Origin: Melittangium boletus DSM 14713
GTDB lineage: Bacteria; Myxococcota; Myxococcia; Myxococcales; Myxococcaceae
Direction of reading: 5' to 3'
Length of the DNA: 64,000 nucleotides
Assembly (NCBI RefSeq): GCF_002305855.1
Contig: NZ_CP022163.1
Coordinates: 6,811,765-6,875,764, forward strand
Part shown: positions 34,754 through 47,060 of the stretch, one piece after another
Layout: each line of letters begins with the position of its first letter
Numbering within the stretch: position 1 is the stretch's first letter
Position numbers and translations under genes: made by a program
Notes under the pieces: model-generated
What the model was told of the DNA's origin: nothing
Databases searched by the model: none
The model's input: only the letters and a program-made list of their open reading frames with translations

Positions 34754-35679
34754 GCATGGAGGAGAGCGCTTCACCCACTCCCGCGCCGGGCTCCATGCTT
34801 GCCCGGCAGCGGGTGCGCTCGGCGTGGTTGTTCCTGCTGCCCACGCTGGTCGTCTTGGCGGGGGTGGCGGGGTGGCCGCTGTTCCGGACCTTCTGGTTCG
34901 CCTTCACCAACGCGAGCCTGGCGGATCCCGGACCGCCCGAGTACGTGGGGATGGAGAACTTCGCCACCATCTGGGACGACCCCGATTGGTGGCAATCGGT
35001 GCGCAACACCTTTCTCTTCACGGGGGTGTCCGTGACGCTGGAGACGGTGTTGGGGATGGTCATCGCGCTCACGCTCAACACGCGCTTCAGGGGCCGGGGC
35101 GTGCTCCGGGCGGCGGTGCTCGTGCCGTGGGCCATTCCCACCGTGGTGTCCGCGAAGATGTGGGGATGGATGTTCCATGACGTCTACGGCGTCATCAACG
35201 AGATGCTGTTGCATGTCGGGTGGATCTCCGGGCCCATCGCCTGGACGGTGGATCCGAAGCTGTCCATGGTGGCGATCATCGCCGTGGACGTGTGGAAGAC
35301 GACGCCCTTCATGACGCTGCTGCTGCTGGCCGCGCTGCAGATGCTTCCGGAGGAGTTGTACGAGGCGGCGAAGCTGGATGGGGCCCATCCCGTGATGGTC
35401 TTCTTCCGGATCACCCTGCCGCTCATCCGTGGGCCGATGATGGTGGCCATCATCTTCCGCGTGCTGGACGCGCTGCGCGTGTTCGACCTCTTCTACATCC
35501 TCACGAGCAACAGCAGCGAGTCCATGTCCATGGCCGTCTACGCCCGGCAGCAGATGTTCGAGTTCCAGGATCTGGGGCTCGGTGCCGCGGCGGCGTCGTT
35601 GCTCTTCGGGCTCATCGCGCTGTTCACCGTGGTCTACCTGGTGTTGGGGCGGGACTCGGTGGCGCAGGAGGCCGCATGA
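34747..35679 (+). CDS. Carbohydrate ABC transporter permease (MalF-type)
   Basis: EAA-loop-type membrane permease; start overlaps the upstream gene by 7 nt. Confidence 0.8.
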
Positions 35680-36512
35680 GGCAGGTGCTCTCCTGGTTGA
35701 AGAAGCTTGGCTTCGGGCTCCTGGTGACGGTCATCATCGTCTACACGCTCTTCCCGTTCTATTGGGCGGTGGTGTCCTCGCTCAAGCAGGGCACCGCGCT
35801 CTTCGTGGTGGATGCGTGGCCCCGGAATCCGGCGTGGCACAACTACGTGGCGGTGTTCACCGAGCAGCCGTTCGGCAGGAACCTGCTCAACTCGGTGATC
35901 GTGGCCACGTCGGTGGTGCTGGTGTCGCTCTTCCTGGCGGTCACCGCGTCCTTCGCCCTGGCGCGCATCCAGTTCCGGGGCCGCACGCTGCTGATGCTGA
36001 TGATCCTCGCCGTGTCCATGTTCCCGCAGATCGCGGTGCTCTCGGGCATGTACGAGCTCGTGCGCGCGCTGGGCCTGTACAACACGCTGCCGGCCCTGAC
36101 GCTCTCCTACATGCTCTTCACGCTGCCGTTCACCGTGTGGGTGATGACGACCTTCATGCGGGAGCTGCCCAAGGAGCTGGAGGAGGCGGCGGTGGTGGAT
36201 GGGGCCACGCCGTGGATGATCTGCTTCAACGTCTTCCTGCCGCTGCTCAAGCCGGCGCTGGTGACGACGGGGCTGCTGGCGTTCATCGCGGCGTGGAACG
36301 AGTTCCTCTTCGCGCTCACGTTCACGCTGTCGCAGGAGGCGCGCACGGTGCCGGTGGCCATCGCGCTGATGAGCGGGGCGAGCCAGCACGAGCTGCCCTG
36401 GGGCCTCATCATGGCGGCCTCCGTCATCGTGACGGTGCCCCTCATCGCGCTGGTGCTCATCTTCCAGCGCAGCATCGTCTCCGGCCTCACGGCGGGAGCG
36501 GTGAAGGGCTAG
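35676..36512 (+). CDS. Carbohydrate ABC transporter permease (MalG-type)
   Basis: ATGA overlap with the upstream permease. Start placed at the internal Met of track ORF 35220..36512. Confidence 0.8.
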   Translation: MRQVLSWLKKLGFGLLVTVIIVYTLFPFYWAVVSSLKQGTALFVVDAWPRNPAWHNYVAVFTEQPFGRNLLNSVIVATSVVLVSLFLAVTASFALARIQFRGRTLLMLMILAVSMFPQIAVLSGMYELVRALGLYNTLPALTLSYMLFTLPFTVWVMTTFMRELPKELEEAAVVDGATPWMICFNVFLPLLKPALVTTGLLAFIAAWNEFLFALTFTLSQEARTVPVAIALMSGASQHELPWGLIMAASVIVTVPLIALVLIFQRSIVSGLTAGAVKG

Positions 36513-36522
36513 GAACACGAAG

Positions 36523-36555
36523 CCCCGCACGGTCGCGTCGCCGGACCGTGCGGGG
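36523..36555. terminator. Hairpin CCCCGCACGGTC-8nt-GACCGTGCGGGG between the convergent permease and clpB genes
   Basis: 12-bp perfect stem seen in sequence. Confidence 0.55.
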
Positions 36556-36563
36556 CTGGAAGG

Positions 36564-39167
<2,604 letters not shown>

Positions 39168-39255
39168 GGAGCCAACGTAAGGGTCGAAGACCCCTTGGCA
39201 AGGACGCGCGGGCCCACCCCGTTTCACTCTTCGCGGACTTCCGGTTTCTCCTGAG

Positions 39256-39873
39256 TTGCCTCCCTGGCCGAGTCCGGGTATATGCGGCCCCTCCAACCCG
39301 GGGGGCACCCAACTGGACGCGCACGGCGGTTACCTCATTCGAGTCGAGTCCCTGGGCCGCTTGAACCTCGCGGCGCTTGCCCGGCAAGCGCTCGTCGAGG
39401 ATGGCGCCCCTCCGGACACCATTCTGGCCCTGTCCATCCATGACCGGCGGAAGATCGTCCGGCTGGCGCTGGAGTGCCCCCTGACGGAGGGCCCCCAGGG
39501 GGCCCGCTGGTACAGCGCGCATCAGTCACTCGCGCGCAACCTGTCCCGCTCGACCGGGGTCACCGTTCACGCCTACGTGTACGATCCCCAGGAGTACGAG
39601 GAAGTGCAGGCGTTCGGCCGGGGGCAGCACGTCGGGGGCGAGCGCTTGATCTACAAAGAGGTGGAGCTGCCGGAGTCGCTGGACGGCGAGTTCGACGATC
39701 GGGCGTTCGCGCGGATGCAGTCGCGCTGGCCCCTGGGCCACCTGGCGTGGGTGTTCGGTGTGGAACGGGAGCAGTTGCTGGGGTTGCGCCAGTTGCCGAC
39801 GACGCGGCTGCGGCTCGATGGCGCGGCGGCGGAGATTCCCCTGGAGAGCCTGCTGCGCGGCATCGCCGCCTGA
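39256..39873 (+). CDS. Hypothetical protein
   Basis: ORF with G/C-biased third positions and no recognisable motif; start uncertain. Confidence 0.35.
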   Translation: MPPWPSPGICGPSNPGGTQLDAHGGYLIRVESLGRLNLAALARQALVEDGAPPDTILALSIHDRRKIVRLALECPLTEGPQGARWYSAHQSLARNLSRSTGVTVHAYVYDPQEYEEVQAFGRGQHVGGERLIYKEVELPESLDGEFDDRAFARMQSRWPLGHLAWVFGVEREQLLGLRQLPTTRLRLDGAAAEIPLESLLRGIAA

Positions 39874-39875
39874 GC

Positions 39876-40523
39876 CTATTCCTCTTCCTCGGCGAGGGCG
39901 CCGTCCTGCGCGTGGATGGCGTGACGGACGGAGTCGCTCTGGAAGTATTGGCCCAGGACGACGAAGGTGCCGGCGACGAAGGCCGTGAACGCCATGGAGA
40001 TGGCGGGCATGAGCCAGATCATCACTTGCAGCTCCTCGGAGGCCACGCCCTGGAAGGAGGGCAGGGTCTTCATGGCGTCGACGATGACGGGGGCCATGCG
40101 CTTGGCGACCACGGCCCATTGAGCGCCGTCGACGGTGCGCAGCACGGCCACGACGAGCGCGGAGCCCGAGAGCATCCGGCGCATGCGCTCCAGGGGAAGC
40201 CCATCGGGCCGGAGGATCCGGCCGGCGGACACGAAGACGAAGGCACAGGCCACCGAGAGCGCTCCGAGCACGAGGGCGCGTGATTCGCGCTGGGGCTCGA
40301 GGGCGTTGTACTGCGCCTGGGTGATGCGCGCGTCGATGGAGGGATCGCCCACGATGGAGAAGGGCGAGGAGCTCATGGCCTCCCGGTGCTCCGCGAGCTG
40401 GCCGAGCCCCAGGGACTCACTCAGGGCGAGAAAGCCCGTGGGGGCGGAGAACAAGAGGCTCACGATGGCCGCCAGACGCAGGCCTCGCGGCAGACTCGGA
40501 GCGGGAGACACGGGACGCGTCAC
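39876..40523 (-). CDS. Hypothetical membrane protein
   Basis: Several hydrophobic segments; 4-nt overlap with the downstream DUF1844 gene. Confidence 0.4.
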   Translation of the reverse strand: MTRPVSPAPSLPRGLRLAAIVSLLFSAPTGFLALSESLGLGQLAEHREAMSSSPFSIVGDPSIDARITQAQYNALEPQRESRALVLGALSVACAFVFVSAGRILRPDGLPLERMRRMLSGSALVVAVLRTVDGAQWAVVAKRMAPVIVDAMKTLPSFQGVASEELQVMIWLMPAISMAFTAFVAGTFVVLGQYFQSDSVRHAIHAQDGALAEEEE

Positions 40524-40831
40524 CGCTTGTTCGCCTCCACGAAGCGCAGGCGGAGGTCGGCCAGCAGGTTGTCGAAGAGTTGCTTCTCCTCGGCCGTGAG
40601 GTTGCCGCGCGTCTTGTCCTGCAACATCCCCAACAGATCCAGGCTCTGGCGGGCGAGCACCAGATCGCGCTCGGCCTTGCCCGTCTCCGGGTTGGGCGCC
40701 ACCCCCAGGTGGATGAGGGCACTGGAGGCCAGGCCGACGAGGAAGGTGCTGAAGGTGATGGGGGCCTCGGGCGCGCTCGTCGTGGGCTCGCCCCGCATCA
40801 CGAAGGTCTCTCCGCGCTTCTCCTCGCTCAT
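40520..40831 (-). CDS. DUF1844 domain protein
   Basis: TFSTFLVGLASSALIHLG...LLGMLQDKTRGNL pattern. Confidence 0.6.
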   Translation of the reverse strand: MSEEKRGETFVMRGEPTTSAPEAPITFSTFLVGLASSALIHLGVAPNPETGKAERDLVLARQSLDLLGMLQDKTRGNLTAEEKQLFDNLLADLRLRFVEANKR

Positions 40832-40835
40832 GGCA

Positions 40836-41084
40836 TCACTCGGCCGACCCGGTGTCCTCGTCCTCGTCGCCCTCGTCCTCGTCGCCCTCGTCCTCGAAGT
40901 CCTCGTCCTCGTCGTCCTCGAAATCCTCGTCCTGCATCAGCGTTTCCACCGGGACGGACTTCTCGGAGACGTCCTCCAGGCCAGCGATGTGGCGCTTGTA
41001 GTCCTCCTCGGACACATGGCCGCTGCGCTGGTAGCGCTCGGTGGTTCGCTTGTCGAGGTACTTGGGGTTCACCGGGTCTGCCAT
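40836..41084 (-). CDS. Small, highly acidic protein (82 aa, C-terminal poly D/E tail)
   Basis: MADPVNPKYLDKRTTERYQRSGHVSEEDYKRH...DEDFEDDEDEDFEDEGDEDEGDEDED; GAGGAG RBS. Confidence 0.45.
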   Translation of the reverse strand: MADPVNPKYLDKRTTERYQRSGHVSEEDYKRHIAGLEDVSEKSVPVETLMQDEDFEDDEDEDFEDEGDEDEGDEDEDTGSAE

Positions 41085-41181
41085 GCTCAACTCCTCGGAA
41101 TCTCTTGGAAAAGGGCGCGCCACCTTATAGCAGGGCTCCCCCCTGTCAACGCCGCTCAACCCCCTGCCTCTCCAGGATCTG

Positions 41182-41859
41182 ATGAACGCCCCCGTTTCGT
41201 CGCCTCTTCCCCGCGGACTGTACGTCCTGTGTGATGACACGCTCCGTCCCGACGTGCCCCTGGCGCGCAAGGCGGAGCTCCTGCTCGCGGGCGGGGCGAG
41301 GGTGATGCAACTGCGCATGAAGCGCACCCCCTTGCGCGAGGCGCTCGCCGTGGCGCGGGAGGTGGTGGCGGCCTGCCGGCGGGCGGGGGCGGTGTGCCTC
41401 ATCAATGATCGGGTGGACTTGGCGCTGCTGACGGGGGCGCATGGCGTGCATGTGGGGGAGGAGGACCTTCCTCCGGAGGCGGCGAGGCGCCTGCTGGGGC
41501 CCCAAGGGGTGGTGGGGGTGACGGTGCGGGACGTGGCGGGGGCGCGCGCGGCCCGGGACGCCGGGGCGGACTACGTGGGCCTGGGGCCGCTCTTTGGCAC
41601 CACGACCAAGCAGGTGAATGCCCCGGTGCTGGGGCTCGAGGGATTCGCCGCGGTGGTGCGCGACAGCCCCCTGCCCGTGGTGGGCATTGGTGGGGTGACG
41701 CTGGAGAACATCGCGCGGGTCGCGGCCGCGGGGGCGCATGGGGGCGCGGTGGCCTCGGATGCGCTGCTCGCCGCGGACGTCGCCGAACGGGTCCGGCTCC
41801 TGGCCGTTGCTTTTGACAGGGGCGTCCAAGGGACTAGCCTCGCCGATGGAGGCGTATGA
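41182..41859 (+). CDS. thiE: Thiamine-phosphate synthase
   Basis: ThiE signature regions (GARVMQLRMK, VGVTVRDVAGARAARDAGADYVGLGPLFGTTTK). Confidence 0.8.
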   Translation: MNAPVSSPLPRGLYVLCDDTLRPDVPLARKAELLLAGGARVMQLRMKRTPLREALAVAREVVAACRRAGAVCLINDRVDLALLTGAHGVHVGEEDLPPEAARRLLGPQGVVGVTVRDVAGARAARDAGADYVGLGPLFGTTTKQVNAPVLGLEGFAAVVRDSPLPVVGIGGVTLENIARVAAAGAHGGAVASDALLAADVAERVRLLAVAFDRGVQGTSLADGGV

Positions 41860-42617
41860 CGCACAAACCCCATGGCCAGGCCCCCCGCCGGCCCAACATC
41901 GGCATCACCCCGGACTTCAGCGCCAGCCGGCCGGATGCTCCGTTTCCCGCCTATGAGTTGAAGGCGGCCTACGCGGAGGCGGTGCTGCGCGCGGGGGGAC
42001 TGCCGCTGGTGCTGCCGTACTCGGAGGACCTGTCGTGCGTGGAGGCCTACCTGGACCGCATCTCCGGTCTGCTCGTCACCGGCGGTGCCTTCGACATTCC
42101 TCCCGAGGCCTATGGCGACACGGCGCGCGAGGGCATGGGGCCGACGAAGCTGTCGCGCACGGCGTTCGAGTCCGCGCTGATGCGGGGGGCCCTCAAGCGC
42201 AACATGCCGGTGCTGGGCATCTGTGGGGGCATGCAACTGCTCAACGTGGTGCTGGGCGGCACGCTGTTCCAGGACATCGGCCGCGAGATCCCGGGCGCGC
42301 ACGGCCACGAACAGGCGCATGATCGCACCCAGCCCCAGCACCCGGTGGAGATCCGCGATGGCTCGCTGCTGGCGGAGGCGCTCGGCCGGGGTCAGCTGAT
42401 GGTGAACTCCACCCACCACCAGTCGGTGAACAAGACGGGTGAACAGGTGATGGTGAGCGCGGTGGCGCCGGATGGCGTGGTGGAGGCGATCGAGTCCACC
42501 CAGTACATCTTCGCGCTGGGCGTGCAGTGGCATCCGGAGCTGATGCTGCACACCGTTCCCGTGAGTGTGGGGGTGTACCGGCTGCTGGTGCAGAAGGCGC
42601 GAGAACATCGGCGGTGA
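41856..42617 (+). CDS. Class I glutamine amidotransferase of the gamma-glutamyl-GABA hydrolase (PuuD/peptidase C26) family
   Basis: GICGGMQLLNVVLGGTL nucleophile elbow and catalytic HH; ATGA overlap with thiE. Confidence 0.7.
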   Translation: MTHKPHGQAPRRPNIGITPDFSASRPDAPFPAYELKAAYAEAVLRAGGLPLVLPYSEDLSCVEAYLDRISGLLVTGGAFDIPPEAYGDTAREGMGPTKLSRTAFESALMRGALKRNMPVLGICGGMQLLNVVLGGTLFQDIGREIPGAHGHEQAHDRTQPQHPVEIRDGSLLAEALGRGQLMVNSTHHQSVNKTGEQVMVSAVAPDGVVEAIESTQYIFALGVQWHPELMLHTVPVSVGVYRLLVQKAREHRR

Positions 42618-42674
42618 GCGCCGGCGCTGTCAGACCGACATGGCAGAGAGGAAGGGCCGCGCTGATGAGGAGCC

Positions 42675-43328
42675 ATGGCCATTCCGAACGAACAACGCCT
42701 GCGCGAGTTGCTTCAACTCACCGAGTCCGTCCCTCCCGCCAACGTGGCCCGGCCCGAGTACTGGGACGAGACCTTCATCCGTCTCGGACGGGGGTATGGC
42801 TTCGAGCCGGAGGCGGGTGAGTACCCCGTGGATCACTCGGAACTGCTGAACGCGCTCCTGCCCTTCGTGTCGCCCTGGCTGGACGGGGCCCGGTTCACCC
42901 AGGTGCTGCCCGGCGAGAACGACGCGGCGGGGGACTTCCGCGAGGCCGACGAGGAGGAGGGAGGACCTGGCAACCGCTACACGTTGCGCCTCACCCTGGC
43001 GGGCCATCGCTACGGCGTCACGTTCCGCGACATCTCGGAGTACTACAACGTCAACGCGGTGCTCGCGCTGTTGAACGCGGCCCTGGAGACGAGCGGGACG
43101 CCCTTGCGGTTCTTCGGCCTGGGGGACGTGGTCGTCGTGGGGCCGCTGCGCGGCGTGCAGCAGGCCATCCGCGAGGGCTTCATCCCGGGCTTCGAGGGGG
43201 AGGGCATCCACGAGCCCTGGGAGTTGGAGGCGATCGACGCCTGGAGTGAGTCCGGCGACACGCCCGAGTCCCTGGCGCGCCAGCTCGAGAAGGGCCGGCG
43301 GCGCGTCCAGGTCTCGCTCGTGGTGTAG
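42675..43328 (+). CDS. Hypothetical protein
   Basis: 217-aa ORF with good codon bias and no recognisable motif. Confidence 0.4.
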   Translation: MAIPNEQRLRELLQLTESVPPANVARPEYWDETFIRLGRGYGFEPEAGEYPVDHSELLNALLPFVSPWLDGARFTQVLPGENDAAGDFREADEEEGGPGNRYTLRLTLAGHRYGVTFRDISEYYNVNAVLALLNAALETSGTPLRFFGLGDVVVVGPLRGVQQAIREGFIPGFEGEGIHEPWELEAIDAWSESGDTPESLARQLEKGRRRVQVSLVV

Positions 43329-44729
43329 CTATTCCAAGCGCGCCCGGCTCTCGAAGCGCGTGTACTCGGCCAGGAAGACCAGGTCGATGTCGCCGATGGG
43401 GCCGTTGCGCTGTTTGGCGATGACGAGCTGCACGGGGATGGCCGTGGTCCCTCCGCCGCCTCCACCACCACCGCCGCCACCACCGCCTCCGGCGCCGCCC
43501 TCGCCCTCGCCCTGGTCCTCGCGGTGGATGAACATCACCACGTCGGCGTCCTGCTCGATGGCGCCCGACTCACGAAGGTCCGAGAGCATGGGCTTGCCGC
43601 CCTTGCGCTCCTCCACCTTACGGCTGAGCTGCGAGAGCGCGACGATGGGCACCTCCAGCTCCTTGGACAGTTGCTTGAGCGAGCGGGAGATCTCCGAGAT
43701 TTCCAGCTGACGGCTCTCCACCTTGCCCTTCTGATGCATGAGCTGGAGGTAGTCGATGATGATGAGGGACAGCCGGGGATCCCGCTGCTTGAGCCGCCGC
43801 GCCTTGGCGCGCAGGTCGAAGGGAGACAGGCCGCCCGAGTCGTCGATGTAGAGCGGGGCGTTGTAGAGCCTGCCCGCCATCTCCTGGAACTTCTCCTCGT
43901 CATGGGGGGTGAGCCGGCCACCGCGCAGCTTCTTCATGTCCACGCGCGCGCACGAGGCGAGCAGACGCATGAGGAGCTGATCCGCGGGCATTTCCAGGCT
44001 GAAGATGGCGGCCGCCTTGGCCTCTTCCTGGAGCGCCACGTGGGTGGCGATGTTCATCGCGAAGGACGTCTTGCCCACGCCGGGACGCGCCGCGAGGATG
44101 ATGAGCTCTCCGGGGTGCAGACCCGTGAGCTGGTTGTCCAGATCGACGTAGCCCGTGGACAGGCCGGTGATGCCCGTCGTGGCGGTCTTCATCTTGTCGA
44201 GCAGATCGAGCGTGTGCTCCATCAGCTCGCTGACGGGCCGCAGGTCTCCCTCGCGCTTCTTCTCCGCGAGCAGGAAGACCTTGCGCTCGGCCTCGTCGAG
44301 CAGCACCTCCAGCTCGCCCGTGTCCTGGCTGGCCAGGTCCTGGATCTCCCGGCCCACGCCCGCGAGCCTGCGGCGCAGGGCTTGATCCTTGACGATCTTC
44401 GCGTACTGGACGGCGTTGCCCGGTACGGGCACCACCTGATCCAGGCTCATCAGGTAGGCGGGGCCGCCCACCGCGGCGAGATGGCCGAGGACCTTGAGCT
44501 CCTCGGCCAGGGTGAGGTGATCCACCTGGCGGGAGGAGCCGTCCAGTTTGATCATCGCGGCGAAGATCTGCGCGTGCGCGGGGCTCGCGAAGTCGTCGGT
44601 ACTCACCACCTCCGCGAGGCTGGCGAAGATGCTGTTGTCCGCGAGCACGGCACCCAGCACCGCGCGCTCGGCGGCGAGATCCTCATGATTCCGCCGCCCT
44701 CCCGTCCGAATGTCGAGGATGTTGTCCAT
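43329..44729 (-). CDS. dnaB: Replicative DNA helicase DnaB with a 20-residue poly-Gly insertion
   Basis: N-terminal DnaB domain plus RecA-like domain (GVGKTSFAMN..., IAKQRNGP). A Gly run is encoded by a (GGN)n tract at about 43448..43515. Confidence 0.9.
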   Translation of the reverse strand: MDNILDIRTGGRRNHEDLAAERAVLGAVLADNSIFASLAEVVSTDDFASPAHAQIFAAMIKLDGSSRQVDHLTLAEELKVLGHLAAVGGPAYLMSLDQVVPVPGNAVQYAKIVKDQALRRRLAGVGREIQDLASQDTGELEVLLDEAERKVFLLAEKKREGDLRPVSELMEHTLDLLDKMKTATTGITGLSTGYVDLDNQLTGLHPGELIILAARPGVGKTSFAMNIATHVALQEEAKAAAIFSLEMPADQLLMRLLASCARVDMKKLRGGRLTPHDEEKFQEMAGRLYNAPLYIDDSGGLSPFDLRAKARRLKQRDPRLSLIIIDYLQLMHQKGKVESRQLEISEISRSLKQLSKELEVPIVALSQLSRKVEERKGGKPMLSDLRESGAIEQDADVVMFIHREDQGEGEGGAGGGGGGGGGGGGGGTTAIPVQLVIAKQRNGPIGDIDLVFLAEYTRFESRARLE

Positions 44730-44822
44730 GTGTCCCGGCCAGTCTCCGCGCTACAGACGTGGGGTGCAACCCTGGCATCCGGCCCTGACACCCGCCCGGA
44801 CGCCTGGTCGCACCAAAGCGAA

Positions 44823-44852
44823 GGGCCGCCCGGGAGTGCTCCCGGGCGGCCC
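44823..44852. terminator. Perfect palindrome GGGCCGCCCGGGAG-TG-CTCCCGGGCGGCCC between rplI and dnaB
   Basis: Seen in sequence; may attenuate read-through from the ribosomal operon into dnaB. Confidence 0.5.
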
Positions 44853-44880
44853 TGGAACTTCACGCGAAGCGGAAGAAGTC

Positions 44881-45327
44881 CTACGCCTCGGCGGCGACCT
44901 CGACCTTGATCTTGGCCGTCACGTCGCGGTGCAGACGCAGCTCCACCTCGTACTGACCGGTGGCCTTGATGGGCTCGGCCAGGTGCAGCTGGCGGCGGTC
45001 CACCGTCTGGCCCTGGGCGGCGAGCGCCTCGGCGATGTCCAGCACGGTGACGGAGCCGTAGAGCTTGTCCTGCTCACCCACCTTGCGGCGGATGGTGACC
45101 TTCACGGCGCCGAGCTTCTTGGCCTGCTCCTCGGCGGCGCCCTTGAGCTTGGCGTTGCGAGCGGTGATGACCGCGCGCTCGTGCTCGAGCTGACGCACGT
45201 TCTGCTCGGTGGCCGCCACGGCCAGCTTGCGCGGCAGCAGGTAGTTGCGGCCGAAGCCGTCCTTCACCGTCACGAGCTCCCCGGACTTGCCCAGGTTCGC
45301 GACGTCCTCACGAAGAATGACCTTCAT
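44881..45327 (-). CDS. rplI: 50S ribosomal protein L9
   Basis: [32 protein letters not shown]. Confidence 0.9.
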   Translation of the reverse strand: MKVILREDVANLGKSGELVTVKDGFGRNYLLPRKLAVAATEQNVRQLEHERAVITARNAKLKGAAEEQAKKLGAVKVTIRRKVGEQDKLYGSVTVLDIAEALAAQGQTVDRRQLHLAEPIKATGQYEVELRLHRDVTAKIKVEVAAEA

Positions 45328-45357
45328 AGTGATGTCTCCGTTGGTTGGGCCGGGTGA

Positions 45358-45690
45358 CTAGCCGACCATCGCGTTGTAGGGGAGCAGGGCCAGACCGCGG
45401 GCGCGCTTGATGGCGACCGCCACCTCGCGCTGGTGCTTGGCGCAGTTGCCGGAGATGCGGCGGGGGATGATCTTGCCGCGCTCGGTGACGAAGTACTTCA
45501 GGGTCGCCTGATCCTTGAAGTCCACCTTGGCGTTCTTCTCGGCGCAGAAGCGGCAGACCTTCTTGCGGCCAAAGCCGCGGCCTCCGCCACGCTTCTCGTC
45601 ATCACCGCCAGCGCCACCCCGGCCGCCGTCACGGTCACCCCGGTCCCGATCACCACCGCGGGAGGAATTCCTGTCGTTGTTGCCAATCAT
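45358..45690 (-). CDS. rpsR: 30S ribosomal protein S18 with an about 40-aa N-terminal RG/RD-rich extension
   Basis: KVCRFC...[27 protein letters not shown] core, preceded by [19 protein letters not shown]. Confidence 0.9.
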   Translation of the reverse strand: MIGNNDRNSSRGGDRDRGDRDGGRGGAGGDDEKRGGGRGFGRKKVCRFCAEKNAKVDFKDQATLKYFVTERGKIIPRRISGNCAKHQREVAVAIKRARGLALLPYNAMVG

Positions 45691-45741
45691 GAGCGTTCTC
45701 GTTTTTCTCTGGAGAGTGGATCCGTGGAGGACCGGGTGGCG

Positions 45742-46203
45742 CTAGGCCTCCTCGGTGCTCTCCTCCTCAGCCTCGGCGGACTCCTCGACGGAGCCCGCGC
45801 GCTCGGGCGCCGCGATCCCCGGACGGGTCTCCTCGACGTCACCGGCCAGCTTCACGTCCTCGAGCACCGGACGGGTCTCGGGATCCACCTCTTCGGCGAT
45901 CTTCGTGGACAGGTAGCGCGTCACCTCGTCCAGGTTGCGCAGGTTGCGCTCGATCTCCGCCACCAGCTTGGTGCCGCCCAGGTAGTGCGCGTGGATGTAG
46001 ATGGCGCGGGGCTGCTTGGCGATGGGGTAGAGCGTCTTCTTCTTGCCCCACACCGTGAAGCGGATGACCTTGCCACCCTCACGGCCAACGATGCCACGGA
46101 CGCGCTCCTTGAGCTTGTCCACGTTGTCGTCGGTGAGGTCCGGCTTGACCAGGAAAATGGTCTCGTACTCACGAAGCCGCTTGGCGGCCTGCGTCTCAGC
46201 CAT
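45742..46203 (-). CDS. rpsF: 30S ribosomal protein S6 with an acidic C-terminal tail
   Basis: MAETQAAKRLREYETIFLVKPDL... Confidence 0.9.
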   Translation of the reverse strand: MAETQAAKRLREYETIFLVKPDLTDDNVDKLKERVRGIVGREGGKVIRFTVWGKKKTLYPIAKQPRAIYIHAHYLGGTKLVAEIERNLRNLDEVTRYLSTKIAEEVDPETRPVLEDVKLAGDVEETRPGIAAPERAGSVEESAEAEEESTEEA

Positions 46204-46406
46204 GTTTCTCTCCCCTTGGGGTTTGGAGCCCCCCGGGGAAACCGGGGAGCGGGGAAACGGTCGGACGGTCCAAGGGGGACCTTCCGCCGGGGACGGGAAA
46301 CCGCGCGCCCGTCACCCTCGCGCGATGAAAAAGAACAGCTCCCCTCCCTCCCAGGCTTCCCGGGGGGGCGGGGAACGGGCCTTCTAAGGGGGGGCCCGCC
46401 CCGAAG

Positions 46407-46985
46407 TCAAGGTGCTCGCTTGTTGAACCGGTTCATCGCCGTGGACAAGCCGTCGCGGACCCAGGTTTCCGCCGCGTCCGCCGCCTGGGCGAGCAGCTCG
46501 TCGAGCTGGCGGCGCTCGGCGTCGTCGAAGTTGGACAGCACGTAGCCGGCCACCCGCTCCTTGGCGTTGGGACCCTGGGGCTTGCCGATGCCCAGGCGCA
46601 GCCGGATGAAGCCGTCCGACCCCAGGCTGGACACCGTGCTCTTGAGGCCGTTGTGGCCGCCGCTGCCGCCGCCCGCCTTGAGCTGGAGCCGGCCGAAGCC
46701 CAGATCCAGTTCGTCATGGATGACGAGCACGTCCTCCACCGCCACTTTATAGAAGCGCGCCGCCTCGGCCACCGAGCGGCCCGACAGGTTCATGTAGGTC
46801 TGCGGCTCGAGGAAGATGACCTTCTCGCCGCCCAGGGTGCCCTGGCCCACGCGGGCCTGGAACTTCTCCTGATGCAGCTCGGCGCGCGCGCGGGGCAGCA
46901 GGGCCTCCACCGCCATGAAGCCGATGTTGTGCCGGTGGCGCTCGTACTCGCGCCCGGGATTGCCCAGTCCACAGATGAGCTTCAT
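46407..46985 (-). CDS. pth: Peptidyl-tRNA hydrolase
   Basis: [23 protein letters not shown]. Confidence 0.85.
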   Translation of the reverse strand: MKLICGLGNPGREYERHRHNIGFMAVEALLPRARAELHQEKFQARVGQGTLGGEKVIFLEPQTYMNLSGRSVAEAARFYKVAVEDVLVIHDELDLGFGRLQLKAGGGSGGHNGLKSTVSSLGSDGFIRLRLGIGKPQGPNAKERVAGYVLSNFDDAERRQLDELLAQAADAAETWVRDGLSTAMNRFNKRAP

Positions 46986-47060
46986 GCCCGATGCTCCCAA
47001 AAAGCAGACGGGGCCAGCCCCCTTGGGCCGGCCCCGCGCATACCGCAGGAAGGAGGAAGA

